DNA of 40,000 nucleotides from contig NZ_LDOS01000002.1 of the NCBI RefSeq assembly GCF_002077135.1, forward strand, positions 1,411,865-1,451,864, in the 5' to 3' direction. The notes beneath the pieces are model-generated. The model saw only the letters and a list, made by a program, of their open reading frames with translations, did no database searches and was not told where the DNA came from. Positions 15,855-25,111 of the stretch are shown here, piece by piece. The stretch is from Metallibacterium scheffleri (lineage in GTDB: Bacteria > Pseudomonadota > Gammaproteobacteria > Xanthomonadales > Rhodanobacteraceae). The stretch's first letter is position 1; every line of letters starts with the position of its first letter. A program made the translations under genes and the position numbers.

Positions 15855-16987
15855 GTGGGTGGCTTTTCGAAAACTGTATGCACAATGCGTTCGAAATCCT
15901 CGGCCCACCGCTCTGGCGTATGTCCCTTGATCTTATCGGATGAGGTTTTCCCCATGCGCTCGCGCAACGCACCATCCTGGGCCAAGGTCAACATGCGCTC
16001 GGCTAGCGCCGCACTGTCTTCCGGCGGCACGATGTAGCCGTTGACGCCTTCTTCGATGCGGTCGCGAATTTCACCGGCGGCAGTGGTGCTGATGACCGGC
16101 AGACCGCATGCCATCGCCTCGTCTACCACCAAGCCATAGGGGTCGCCAAGTGTAGGGAACACGAAGACATCGCTTGAGGCGTAGTAGCGCGGCACCTCGG
16201 GCTTTTGCTTGAAGCCCGCGAACACCACATGGCGCAGGCCGCGTTCGATGCAAAGCTGCCTGAGCTTGGCCTCGTCCGCACCATCGCCTACCAGTAAAAG
16301 ACTGATCTCGTTACTGAAGCGTGCCTGGACAATCTCGTATGCCTCCAGCAGATAGTCGAGCCCCTTCCCCCACCAGAGGCGGCCCACGTAAATGAAGGTC
16401 GTGCCGTGCAGTCCAAGGTCAGTACGCAGCTGCTCACGATTTTGCCGGGCCAACCGCGCGCCATTCGCGTAATGCGACACATCGATGACGTGTGGCGCAT
16501 AGAAGATCTTTTCGACACTTGCGCCCGCGCGCTCGGCGAAGCCCCTGCCATCATCGCCGACCGTCACGATCGCATCGACCCTCCTGAAGAGCCAGCGCTT
16601 GATCCAGGTCTTGTAGGCGCGGCGTTTGATCCAGCGATCGAACGTGACTTCGGCCCAAAAGCCCGTCTTCGCGCCGCGCAGCTTCGCGACCAGCCAGCCC
16701 AGGATGAACACCGGCTCGGCATAGAGGCTGACCAGTACATCAGGCCGACGCCCAAACGACGGCAAAGGCCAGTGCAGCACGCGCTTGCCGATGCGAGTCG
16801 TCGGCAGATACCGGAACTTGAAGCGCCAAGTGGATTCATCCACATCCCAACTTCGGCCCGGCTCGATGCGGTCGTTGAACCATGCCTCGAACTCGAACGC
16901 GCCGCGATCAGCGAGCACATTGAAGCGCTCGACCATGTAGGGCGATGGGATGTTGTTCCAGTAGACCAGGAATGACTTTGCCGTCAT
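15851..16987 (-). CDS. GT4-family glycosyltransferase
   Basis: ATGA-coupled start at 16987. GDPYGLVVDEAMACGLPVISTT (EX7E). Confidence 0.75.
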   Translation of the reverse strand: MTAKSFLVYWNNIPSPYMVERFNVLADRGAFEFEAWFNDRIEPGRSWDVDESTWRFKFRYLPTTRIGKRVLHWPLPSFGRRPDVLVSLYAEPVFILGWLVAKLRGAKTGFWAEVTFDRWIKRRAYKTWIKRWLFRRVDAIVTVGDDGRGFAERAGASVEKIFYAPHVIDVSHYANGARLARQNREQLRTDLGLHGTTFIYVGRLWWGKGLDYLLEAYEIVQARFSNEISLLLVGDGADEAKLRQLCIERGLRHVVFAGFKQKPEVPRYYASSDVFVFPTLGDPYGLVVDEAMACGLPVISTTAAGEIRDRIEEGVNGYIVPPEDSAALAERMLTLAQDGALRERMGKTSSDKIKGHTPERWAEDFERIVHTVFEKPPT

Positions 16988-18234
16988 CGAGACGCGCTCA
17001 TCCAGCATGACAACCGCCTTGCCACTGCCACTCGGTAGTTGACCCATGTGAACTCGCCTGCCCGTGTCGTCGCATTCAGCGCCATCGTCTTGCGTAGAGC
17101 CGGCGCCTGCTTCAGTTCCTGCATCCGCTTGGCGAGCACGCCCACATCCCGCGGCGGCACGAGGTAGCCATCCACACCATCGCGGACGATATCGCCGTGG
17201 CCGTTCGAGGTCGTGAGCACCGGTAGGCCGCAGGCCATCGCCTCGATTACCACCAGGCCCATGCCCTCGATGAGAGTCGGAAACGCGAATACGTCCGCCT
17301 GCCGGAACAAATCAGCCAATTGCGCGCGTGGCACATGCGGCACATGCCGGAACAGATGGCGCCAGGGCTTCAGCGCGGTGCCGTTGTCCTGCATCTGCCC
17401 TACTAGGGTCAACGTGGTTTTGGCGTCTTGGATCTGCTCGTAGGCCTTGAGCAGGTAAGAAAGGCCCTTGCGCTGGCTGAGCTGTCCTACGAAGACGATG
17501 TTGAAGCTGTCGTCCCACGCAGGCTTGGGTTCGCCCGGGCGAAACAGGGACGTGTCCACCCCGTAAGGGATGACTTCAAGCTTTTCAGCAGGCACGCCCT
17601 CGGCGATGAAGGTGTCGCGGACGAAGCTGGAACCGACCAAGACGTGATCGGCCAACTCGATCTCGCGATCCAGCTGCGCGATCTGCCATGTTGGAAGGTC
17701 ATGGCCGTTGAGTGTCGCGGCAAAGTTGGGTTCAAGCTCGGCCTCCTCCTGCAAATAGCGACGGGTGTAGGCATGATGGGCGAGCGAATAATTCAGTACA
17801 CAAACCGCACCACGCGTTTTGGCAGCCAGAAACGCTGGTTCTGCGCAACCCCAACTGGCAACGACCATGCTTTCATCGCGGAATGCTCGTGCGCCTGCGT
17901 TGGCGATCGCCTTTGCCCAGCGATGCATCAAACGGATTCGCGTTTGCCTGTTCCGCATAGTGCTGTGTGTAAGCCGTGAATGTGCCGCCATCACGATATC
18001 CCAGCCCAGAGCTGCTTGTTGGATGTGTTCACTGATCAAGCGAGCTGGCATCACGCGTCGCCCGAAGGTTTGCGCATAGGCCGAACGCAGCCCCGGGATA
18101 CTCGCAAGAATACGCTCTCCTGCGCGCCCCATATTGGCGTATGGGCGCACATAGCGGGATAGCATTCCCTGCTCGGCCAAGCCCGCAGCCAATTGGTTCA
18201 ATTCCGGGAATGAACTATTAATGACCAGGATCAT
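16984..18234 (-). CDS. GT4-family glycosyltransferase
   Basis: ATGA-coupled start at 18234 (MILVINSSFPEL...). IEGMGLVVIEAMACGLPVLTTS (EX7E). Confidence 0.75.
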   Translation of the reverse strand: MILVINSSFPELNQLAAGLAEQGMLSRYVRPYANMGRAGERILASIPGLRSAYAQTFGRRVMPARLISEHIQQAALGWDIVMAAHSRLTHSTMRNRQTRIRLMHRWAKAIANAGARAFRDESMVVASWGCAEPAFLAAKTRGAVCVLNYSLAHHAYTRRYLQEEAELEPNFAATLNGHDLPTWQIAQLDREIELADHVLVGSSFVRDTFIAEGVPAEKLEVIPYGVDTSLFRPGEPKPAWDDSFNIVFVGQLSQRKGLSYLLKAYEQIQDAKTTLTLVGQMQDNGTALKPWRHLFRHVPHVPRAQLADLFRQADVFAFPTLIEGMGLVVIEAMACGLPVLTTSNGHGDIVRDGVDGYLVPPRDVGVLAKRMQELKQAPALRKTMALNATTRAGEFTWVNYRVAVARRLSCWMSASR

Positions 18235-19694
18235 TTGTGACTCGATGATTCGATGGTGCTGCGGCTGCGCGAAAACGCGGGAGATTTGCCCCAACGAAAA
18301 CGGGTGATCCACATCGCAAGTACCAAAGGCACTACCATGAACAGCATGCGCGACAGGGTGTCGGGCAGGGTTCCGCGCATCAGAATTACCACGAACGGCA
18401 AACCCATGCTGTAGATCAGCAGTGCATTGATATGGCCCTGATAGCGCAGAAACCACCGCCACGACATAGCTAGAACGACGCCGGTAAAAAACATTCCGAG
18501 TGCGACACCGATAAAACCGCTATCAGCATAAAACGGCCCAATGATGGAAAACGCAGCCGATGCGCGCGAGGCAGCGTAATGTGCCGGCCACAGCGCATTC
18601 ACTACAGCACTGTTCATGACCAGCGGCTTATTGGGCCATAGTGGACGCGGTACAGCAGTAACAAACAAATCGGTGAACACACCAGCAGGCTGGTAAGCCA
18701 GCTTGCTTGGTACCACGATCAATTCATTCGTTATTGAATCGAACATTTCATTGTCCGACCCGGTCAATATTTCCTTGAATTGTTGGCCGGGCGCAGCCAA
18801 TGCACTGAACAATATTTCGGTCTTGTCGCGATTCGCCGAGGTAGCAACGGTTCTAACTTCACGCTGCCATCCCATGAGGGAAATCCCGACAATCGCACCA
18901 ATGATCAGTATACGCGCGGCGGGACGCCGCTGCTTCCAGAGATACCAGAAGGTTGGGACCGAGAGCACCAGAGGCAACAACTGGCTACGTGTACCACTTG
19001 CCCCATAGAAAATGATCAACGGCAAGGCCGTGGCCATGAAGGCAATATAATATCTCCTGCGCTTCACCGTAATGGCCAGAGCAAAAAATATGAGCGCCGA
19101 TGCCGCCCACATCGAAATGCCATTATAAAAGTATCCAGTCGAACCCAAATAGATTGCATTGTCCTGACCGGATCTCCCCTTGAGCAAAAAAAGCAACAGG
19201 CTCAAGCCACCGCCTTTTGCAAGAAAGATGCTGAACAATGCCCCTCCGAGTAAGAAGAACATCCATGCTGCTGACGCAGCTCTCCGAGGCTGAAAAGCAG
19301 AAGCGTGCGGGAGATACTTTGCCCATCGAGACGAAAAATTGCTGTGGTAGCCCAATTGGAACGCCAAAATACCTACCAAGACCACCATTAATGCCAAATT
19401 GAATGTCGGCATGATGGGATAACCAAGATGCATCGTTCGCTCCGTCGCAAGATCCGCCAACGGACGGCCAATAAACATCATTGCCATCGCAATCACGCCG
19501 AGCACAAGTGGCTCAAATAAATCAAGCGTACCAAGCAGGGTGCGCAGCAGCACTGGGCCGAGCAGAGCAAGAATGACAGCGTTGAGAAGCAAGCTGCGAA
19601 GTCCAATTCCCGCCAGCCAGATCGCTGTCGCCATCAAGCTGCCGATGAGCGCGAGTTCCCCCAGCACAAGAAAATTTCGTTTAGATCGGCTCAT
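18231..19694 (-). CDS. wzy: Polytopic membrane protein, probable repeat-unit polymerase (Wzy-like)
   Basis: 487 aa with more than 10 hydrophobic segments, lower GC, and a position between wzx and the GTs. No strong sequence motif, so the call is by context. Confidence 0.5.
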   Translation of the reverse strand: MSRSKRNFLVLGELALIGSLMATAIWLAGIGLRSLLLNAVILALLGPVLLRTLLGTLDLFEPLVLGVIAMAMMFIGRPLADLATERTMHLGYPIMPTFNLALMVVLVGILAFQLGYHSNFSSRWAKYLPHASAFQPRRAASAAWMFFLLGGALFSIFLAKGGGLSLLLFLLKGRSGQDNAIYLGSTGYFYNGISMWAASALIFFALAITVKRRRYYIAFMATALPLIIFYGASGTRSQLLPLVLSVPTFWYLWKQRRPAARILIIGAIVGISLMGWQREVRTVATSANRDKTEILFSALAAPGQQFKEILTGSDNEMFDSITNELIVVPSKLAYQPAGVFTDLFVTAVPRPLWPNKPLVMNSAVVNALWPAHYAASRASAAFSIIGPFYADSGFIGVALGMFFTGVVLAMSWRWFLRYQGHINALLIYSMGLPFVVILMRGTLPDTLSRMLFMVVPLVLAMWITRFRWGKSPAFSRSRSTIESSSHK

Positions 19695-19722
19695 TGCCCA
19701 TGTCTCATGAAATCTGGAAATC

Positions 19723-21021
19723 TCATGGCTGCGATGCCCCGTCGAGTGTGGCTGAATCCATATCCCGCTCCGGAATTGAAGTGCCGCTTGACAGTGACGA
19801 TCGCCATGTGAACCAAACCGCGACGGCCAGAGAACCCGCAGATGCAGCTACCACCGCCTGCGCTGCACCAAGTACACCCCAGACCGGAATGCCCACGGCC
19901 AACGCTGGAATGCCAACACCTAGACCGACCAACTCGGCGATAGTCGAAGCGAAAGGTCGCCCCATTCCGCGAAGTCCGTCGGCCAACACTCTGTAGACCG
20001 CACCAAGTAATCCGGCGAACGTCAGGGCTTTCAGGATCGGCGATGCGGGCAAGAATGCGCTCCCGTAAACCAAACGCAGCAAGGGAGATGCCCAGAGCAG
20101 GACCACGAGCAAGGCCAATGTTCCACCTAGTCCTGCAATGCCTGCAAACTTTAAGATAATCTTCATCTGTTCCTGGCGCTGGCTGCACTTTGCCACCTCG
20201 GGCAACACGACTTGACCAAGTGCGAAGCCTTGCGCCCGCAATAAACTGGCCCCGGCCAGTGCTGCCATGTACAGCCCAAGATCATGTACTCCAACCAGCA
20301 TCGTCAGCGCCAGCACGTCGATTTGCAGCCCACTGAACGGCTGTAACGTACCGATATGCGCCGACAAGCCGTAGCGCAAGTCGCCCCAGAGCGTCTTCAC
20401 ATCGAACCAGCCAAGGGGGGACTCTTGACCTCGGCGGACCAGCATCGGCAAGGTCAAACTCAATGCCAGGGCCAACGTCAGCACATTGCTCAGCAGATTA
20501 GCTGATACCACGCTTTCCACATTCATGTGGCCAAATGCCCAAAAGAGCACGAGCAGAAGAACATAGCCAGCAGATACACTCAACCTGACTACATTGAATC
20601 TTGCGTACTGCCCGGAGCCCTGTTGGATGGCATTGATGTAAAGCGTGAGCAGATTGAGCGGCACATAAGCCAGTAGATAGAGAACTGCCAGATGTGCCAG
20701 GACGGTGCCGTGACTCGCTAGCACCACGGGCAACAGCCAAATTCCGAGTGCCGCCAGTACCAACCATTGCAGACCCGCTGCAACTAAGCCATTGCCAAGC
20801 AATTGATGGCGCCGCGCAGGCTCTTTGGCGGATGCATAGGTATATGCAACCGGAATACCCACATTACCTAGATAGGCAAAAAGTGCTGCCCAACTGATCA
20901 CCGCAGCCAACTGGCCGCGCCCGTCTGGCCCAAGCCATCGAGCGACCAAGATCCCAGTAACCAAACCGATGAGCTGGATCGCGATCTGGGCACCGCTGGT
21001 GTAGAAAATTGCCCGCCTCAT
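19723..21021 (-). CDS. wzx: Polysaccharide flippase (Wzx / MOP superfamily)
   Basis: Start at MRRAIFYTSGAQIAIQLIGLVTGILVARWLGPDGRGQLAAV, a typical Wzx N-terminus. About 12 TM segments. Confidence 0.7.
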   Translation of the reverse strand: MRRAIFYTSGAQIAIQLIGLVTGILVARWLGPDGRGQLAAVISWAALFAYLGNVGIPVAYTYASAKEPARRHQLLGNGLVAAGLQWLVLAALGIWLLPVVLASHGTVLAHLAVLYLLAYVPLNLLTLYINAIQQGSGQYARFNVVRLSVSAGYVLLLVLFWAFGHMNVESVVSANLLSNVLTLALALSLTLPMLVRRGQESPLGWFDVKTLWGDLRYGLSAHIGTLQPFSGLQIDVLALTMLVGVHDLGLYMAALAGASLLRAQGFALGQVVLPEVAKCSQRQEQMKIILKFAGIAGLGGTLALLVVLLWASPLLRLVYGSAFLPASPILKALTFAGLLGAVYRVLADGLRGMGRPFASTIAELVGLGVGIPALAVGIPVWGVLGAAQAVVAASAGSLAVAVWFTWRSSLSSGTSIPERDMDSATLDGASQP

Positions 21022-21353
21022 GATGGAGGCAAAAATGGAACATGCGCCGCTTGGCGGGCTAAGTCCGCGAAGCCACGACGGCGCTCTCCGATCATCGTGC
21101 GTGCGCGGCACCGCGCGGCTTCGCGTACTGAGCGCGCGGTCATGTCGTTGCCGGCCGACTGCGAGAAGCCCAGATCAGCCATCAACAGATAGGTGGGGAT
21201 GGCCGCCAAGATCAGCCATTCGCCATAGAGCTGCGTGCCCCAGGCGTGCAGCAGGATCGGCACGCCCGCCAACTGGATGACGACGGCCACCAGTTGCCCG
21301 TAGGCGTTGGCGCCCAGGCCATGCAGGATGCGGCGGGTGACGTGGCGATCCAT
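21018..21353 (-). pseudogene. N-terminal fragment (~75 conserved aa) of a second, different flippase gene
   Basis: MDRHVTRRILHGLGANAYGQLVAVVIQLAGVPILLHAWGTQLYGEWLILAAIPTYLLMADLGFSQSAGNDMTA is a Wzx-like TM1-TM2 plus loop motif, followed by unrelated sequence. Its stop overlaps the wzx ATG. Confidence 0.45.
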
Positions 21354-21655
21354 GGTCAGGCTTGGCCCTCGGTGGCTGCGCCGCAGGCAGGCGCTGGCCC
21401 TCGTGTTGCCTGGCCGTCTACGGCACGCAAGGCGTTGCGCAATTCCGTCAGCGCCAGTCCGACGGCCCTGGTATGTGCAAAAGGCATCCGCCCCCCGATC
21501 CATGTCAGCGCTGCGCACGCCGCGGGTGCGCGCCATGTGCTTCGGCGTCAAGGTCCGCGCCGTGGCGCCGTGAGTATAGAAGCCCGATCGCAGCGAAAGC
21601 AGCCGTGCCGGCTCAAGGCAATCTTACGATTACGACAGGATGCCATTACGCGGGC

Positions 21656-21799
21656 TCATCGCGCTTCGGTGCGCGTGATTTCGCGCGCCACGACGCGCGC
21701 GAGGATGCACGGCTGCAACGGCACGAAACCGGCGGCATCGGTCAGGTGACGGCTGAGAGGCGCGCCGTGGCTGGCGCTGTCGCCCGGCACGCGCACGCC
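21656..21799 (-). pseudogene. C-terminal remnant of an MntA-like nucleotidyltransferase gene
   Basis: GVRVPGDSASHGAPLSRHLTDAAGFVPLQPCIL... parallels GVRVLGDSTRHGALLSRHLTDVADFVPLQRRIL of MntA at 23108/25935. A REP lies upstream. Confidence 0.6.
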
Positions 21800-21811
21800 G
21801 AGGGAAACGCG

Positions 21812-21850
21812 AAGAGCGAGATCCTTCGCTGCGCTCAGCAACATGACAAA
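21812..21850 (-). repeat. REP element
   Basis: GAGATCCTTCGCTGCGCTCAGCAACATGAC. Confidence 0.65.
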
Positions 21851-21867
21851 AGCACGGGATGACGCGG

Positions 21868-21903
21868 CGTGAGCATGGTGGCTTGTTCGCGGGTCAGGCA
21901 CAT
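21868..21903 (-). pseudogene. Stub (first ~12 codons) of an eighth small MNT gene
   Basis: CATGGGTTATTCCAAGCC junction and ...GGCTTGTTCGCGGGTCAGGCACAT align with the 5' ends of the seven MNT genes. Cut off by the REP. Confidence 0.55.
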
Positions 21904-21906
21904 GGG

Positions 21907-22383
21907 TTATTCCAAGCCGAGGCCGAAACGCTGGCCGATGTGTTGCAGGATCGTCTCGATGCGGGCGGCAGCGTCGAAGCCTTGATTGAGGTAGGCGGCG
22001 CGCAATGCGGGTTCGTCCGGGTATTCGTGGGCAACGTGGTTGCGCAGGGCGCGCAGTTTTTCCCATGATTCGGTGCTTTCGAGCAGGCCGAGCTTCTCCA
22101 GCCGGTTGAGCTTGTCCAGCATGGGCCGGTCTTCGTAGGGCTCCTGCAGCACATCGAGCACCGCCGGAAACAGACGCGTGTCCAGCACGTCTTGCAGCTT
22201 GCCGAAGCGCAGCACGAATTGATCGATGTCCTGCACGGCGTCATCGTCGAGATCCGCCAGCGTGGCGGCGCTGAGCGGCCTGCGCGGCGCGATGGAGGCC
22301 AGCGCATGGCGCATGTGGTGGCGGTGGCGCAGGGCTTGCCGCCACACGTCCTGCAAGCGCTGTTGATGGGAGTCGCCGCTCAC
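21907..22383 (-). CDS. HEPN-domain protein, HI0074-like (partner type 1, copy 1)
   Basis: GTGA overlap with the upstream MNT. R-x4-H motif LRALRNHVAHEY near the C-terminus. Confidence 0.7.
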   Translation of the reverse strand: MSGDSHQQRLQDVWRQALRHRHHMRHALASIAPRRPLSAATLADLDDDAVQDIDQFVLRFGKLQDVLDTRLFPAVLDVLQEPYEDRPMLDKLNRLEKLGLLESTESWEKLRALRNHVAHEYPDEPALRAAYLNQGFDAAARIETILQHIGQRFGLGLE

Positions 22384-22685
22384 AGCAGCACCCCCGTGAC
22401 CTTGGCGGTCGTGATGATGTCGCGCGCGGCGCCCAGGACCGGTGCGTCGAGGATCAGATCGATCTTTTGTTCGCCAAGCGCGCGTTGCAGTCGTGCCAGC
22501 ATCGCGATGCTGTCGCGGGCCAATGCGTCGGGCTGGGTTTGCGTGGTTTGCACCAGCAAGTCGATGTCGCCGCCGCGCTTGGCATCATCCACGCGCGAGC
22601 CGAACAGCCACACGCGCGCATCGCTGCCGAAGACCTCGGCGGCGGCGCTGCGGATGATGGCGGCTTGTTCGGGAGTCAGTCGCAT
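22380..22685 (-). CDS. Minimal nucleotidyltransferase (MNT), C-terminal type alpha, copy 1
   Basis: MRLTPEQAAIIRSAAAEVFGSDARVWLFGSRVDDAKRGGDIDLL carries the GS..x..DxD NTase motif. Confidence 0.8.
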   Translation of the reverse strand: MRLTPEQAAIIRSAAAEVFGSDARVWLFGSRVDDAKRGGDIDLLVQTTQTQPDALARDSIAMLARLQRALGEQKIDLILDAPVLGAARDIITTAKVTGVLL

Positions 22686-22729
22686 GGGGTCAGCGGGTTT
22701 GCAGGTTGTCATTGGGCATGACGCATGGC

Positions 22730-23123
22730 CTACAGCGCGAACGCGCCGAAATCGTCCAGATGTCGATGCACGATGCGATGCACGATCTGCCAGTCGATGG
22801 CACGGTAGCTGTGCACGGCCACGTTGCGGAAGCCGACCGCGCCGCGCAGGCGTTGCGCAAACCCGGCGTCGAGCACGCCCGCGTCGGCGAGGCGCGCGAA
22901 GGCTTCACCCATGGTTTGCGGCGCGGGCAGTCCGCTGGCGGCAATCCAGTGCGCTGCGATGTCCACGCACAATTGCACGGCGCGCGTCAGATTCACGGCG
23001 ACGATGGTCTTGCGCATCGATGTCACGCGCGAGGTCCTCGGCAAGTGGCGGGCACTTGTCGTGGGGGCGCCGCGTGCATAGCCGCGGCGATTCGACTTTC
23101 TGCTCGATCAGCGCCCGATCCAT
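22730..23123 (-). pseudogene. hepT: HepT (DUF86 HEPN RNase toxin), frameshifted copy
   Basis: Starts MDRALIEQKVES..., then shifts frame. One extra G (GATGGTCTTGCG vs GATGTCTTGCG at ~23005) relative to the intact copy 25537..25950. The RNVAVHSY motif is retained downstream. Confidence 0.75.
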
Positions 23124-23533
23124 CGCTGCCTCCGCGCGTCGAGGATGCGCCTCTGCAGCGGCACGAAGTCGGCCACATCGGTCAGGTGACGGCTGAGCAG
23201 CGCGCCATGCCGGGTGCTGTCGCCCAGCACGCGCACACCGTGGCTGAGGATTTGCCCGAGCAACAGCTCGCCGGCAGCGGCCAGGTCGATCAGGTCCACC
23301 GGGCGGCCGGTGGCCATCGCCAGATCGCTGATCAGGGCGATGATCTCGTCGGCGTGCAGCGGTCGATCGGCGCCCACGGCCAGATCGAGGTCGCTGTCGG
23401 GCCGCGCCGTGCCGCGCGCCAGCGATCCGAACAACATCGCGAAGTTCACCTGCGGGTGCCGCGCCAGCACGGCGCGCAGTTGGCTGGCCAGCGGCTCGGG
23501 CGCGATGGGGTTGGGCTGCGCGGTCATGTTCAC
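23108..23533 (-). CDS. mntA: MntA-type nucleotidyltransferase antitoxin (type VII TA), copy 1
   Basis: FAMLFGSLARGTARPDSDLDLAV is the GSxxRG..DxD motif. GTGA overlap with the upstream small MNT. Overlaps the hepT start. Confidence 0.8.
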   Translation of the reverse strand: MNMTAQPNPIAPEPLASQLRAVLARHPQVNFAMLFGSLARGTARPDSDLDLAVGADRPLHADEIIALISDLAMATGRPVDLIDLAAAGELLLGQILSHGVRVLGDSTRHGALLSRHLTDVADFVPLQRRILDARRQRWIGR

Positions 23534-23829
23534 AGCTCGATCCCGGTTTCATGAGCGATACGCACGATGGCGCGGGTGTCATCGGGGTGCTGGATGACGA
23601 CATCGATCTTGCGCTCGCCGAGGCTTTCCTCGAGCTTGCCGAGAAAGCGCACCTTGCGCATGAAAGACTCGACTGCGGGCAGTTGCGCGGCTTCGATCAG
23701 CAGATCGATATCGCCGCCGCGCTTGCTGTCGTCCACGCGCGAGCCGAACAGCCACACGCGCGCGTCGCTGCCGAATACCTCGGCGGCGGCGCTGCGGATG
23801 ATGGCGGCTTGTTCGGTGGTCAGGCGCAT
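23530..23829 (-). CDS. Minimal nucleotidyltransferase (MNT), C-terminal type beta, copy 1
   Basis: Conserved N-terminal 44 aa followed by IEAAQLPAVESFMRKVRFLGKLEESLGERKIDVVI... Confidence 0.8.
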   Translation of the reverse strand: MRLTTEQAAIIRSAAAEVFGSDARVWLFGSRVDDSKRGGDIDLLIEAAQLPAVESFMRKVRFLGKLEESLGERKIDVVIQHPDDTRAIVRIAHETGIEL

Positions 23830-23832
23830 GGG

Positions 23833-24309
23833 TTATTCCAAGCCGAGGCCGAAACGCTGGCCGATGCGTTGCAGGATCGTCTCGATGCTGGCGGCCGCGT
23901 CGAAGCCTTGATTGAGGTAGGCGGCGCGCAATGCGGGTTCGTCCGGATACTCGTGGGCAAAGTGGTTGCGCAGGGCGCGCAGTTTTTCCCATGATTCGGT
24001 GCTTTCGAGCAGGCCGAGTTTCTCCAGCCGGTTGAGCTTGTCCAGCATGGGCCGGTCTTCATAGGGCTCTTGCAGCACATCGAGCAAGGCCGGAAACAGG
24101 CGCGTGCCCAGCACGTCTTGCAGCTTGCCGAAGCGCAGCACGAATTGATCGATGTCCTGCACGGCGTCATCGTCGAGATCCGCCAGCGTGGCGGCGCTGA
24201 GCGGCCTGCGCGGCGCGATGGAGGCCAGCGCATGGCGCATGTGGTGGCGGTGGCGCATGGCTTGCCGCCACACGTCCTGCAAGCGCTGTTGATGGGAGTC
24301 GCCGCTCAC
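23833..24309 (-). CDS. HEPN-domain protein, HI0074-like (partner type 1, copy 2)
   Basis: Differs from 21907..22383 at roughly half a dozen of 158 residues by eye. LRALRNHFAHEY motif. Confidence 0.7.
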   Translation of the reverse strand: MSGDSHQQRLQDVWRQAMRHRHHMRHALASIAPRRPLSAATLADLDDDAVQDIDQFVLRFGKLQDVLGTRLFPALLDVLQEPYEDRPMLDKLNRLEKLGLLESTESWEKLRALRNHFAHEYPDEPALRAAYLNQGFDAAASIETILQRIGQRFGLGLE

Positions 24310-24611
24310 AGCAGCACCCCCGTGGCCTTGGCGGTCGTGATGATGTCGCGCGTGGCGCCCAGGACCGGTGCGTCGAGGATCAGATCGATCTTTTGTTCGC
24401 CCAGTGCGCGATGCAGCCGGGCCAGCATCGCGATGCTGGCCCGGGCCAGTGCGTCGGGCTGGGTTTGCGCGGTTTGCACCAGCAGGTCGATGTCACCACC
24501 GCGCTTGCTATCGTCCACGCGCGAGCCGAACAGCCACACGCGCGCGTCGCTGCCGAATACCTCGGCGGCGGTGCTGCGGATGATGGCGGCTTGTTCGGGG
24601 GTCAGACGCAT
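24306..24611 (-). CDS. Minimal nucleotidyltransferase (MNT), type alpha, copy 2
   Basis: Last 101 codons of ORF 24306..25298. ATG at 24611. Confidence 0.8.
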   Translation of the reverse strand: MRLTPEQAAIIRSTAAEVFGSDARVWLFGSRVDDSKRGGDIDLLVQTAQTQPDALARASIAMLARLHRALGEQKIDLILDAPVLGATRDIITTAKATGVLL

Positions 24612-24625
24612 GGGTGGGATTGGAT

Positions 24626-25111
24626 TCAAGGCGCGTGCGGATTCGCGGGCAACAGGCCCAACCGCCGGCCGAGACTGCGCAGGCGCAGAATCACACCGGC
24701 CAGGATCTCGGTGGCCTCGCGGATGGCCTGCAGCACCTCGGGCATGGCAGCGGCTTCGAGGTCGTAATCGTGGGTGAGGCGATTGCGCAGGGCGCGCAGT
24801 TCCATCCACACCTCGGCCTGCTCGATCAAGTCCTGACGCACCGCCCAGTCGATCACGTCCGCGAAGCCGCGATAGCGCTCGCCGATCATCGCGTGGGCGT
24901 GCCGCAGCGCGGCGGAGAGCTGGTCCTGCAGCTTGGTGTAGCGGTCGTTGATGGATGCCAGGCGCTCGAGCACCTCGGCATTGTCGAGATCGCCGGGCGC
25001 GAGCGCCTTGGGCAGGCGCTCCAGCGAATAACGCAAACCCGACTCGATGCGCGTCAGCACCTGCAGTTGCTGTTGCAGCAGGGCCTGCTGCTGGGCGAAC
25101 AGGGCGCTCAT
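24626..25111 (-). CDS. HEPN-domain protein, HI0074-like (partner type 2)
   Basis: ATGA-coupled start at 25111 (MSALFAQQQALL...). LRALRNRLTHDY motif. Confidence 0.7.
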   Translation of the reverse strand: MSALFAQQQALLQQQLQVLTRIESGLRYSLERLPKALAPGDLDNAEVLERLASINDRYTKLQDQLSAALRHAHAMIGERYRGFADVIDWAVRQDLIEQAEVWMELRALRNRLTHDYDLEAAAMPEVLQAIREATEILAGVILRLRSLGRRLGLLPANPHAP

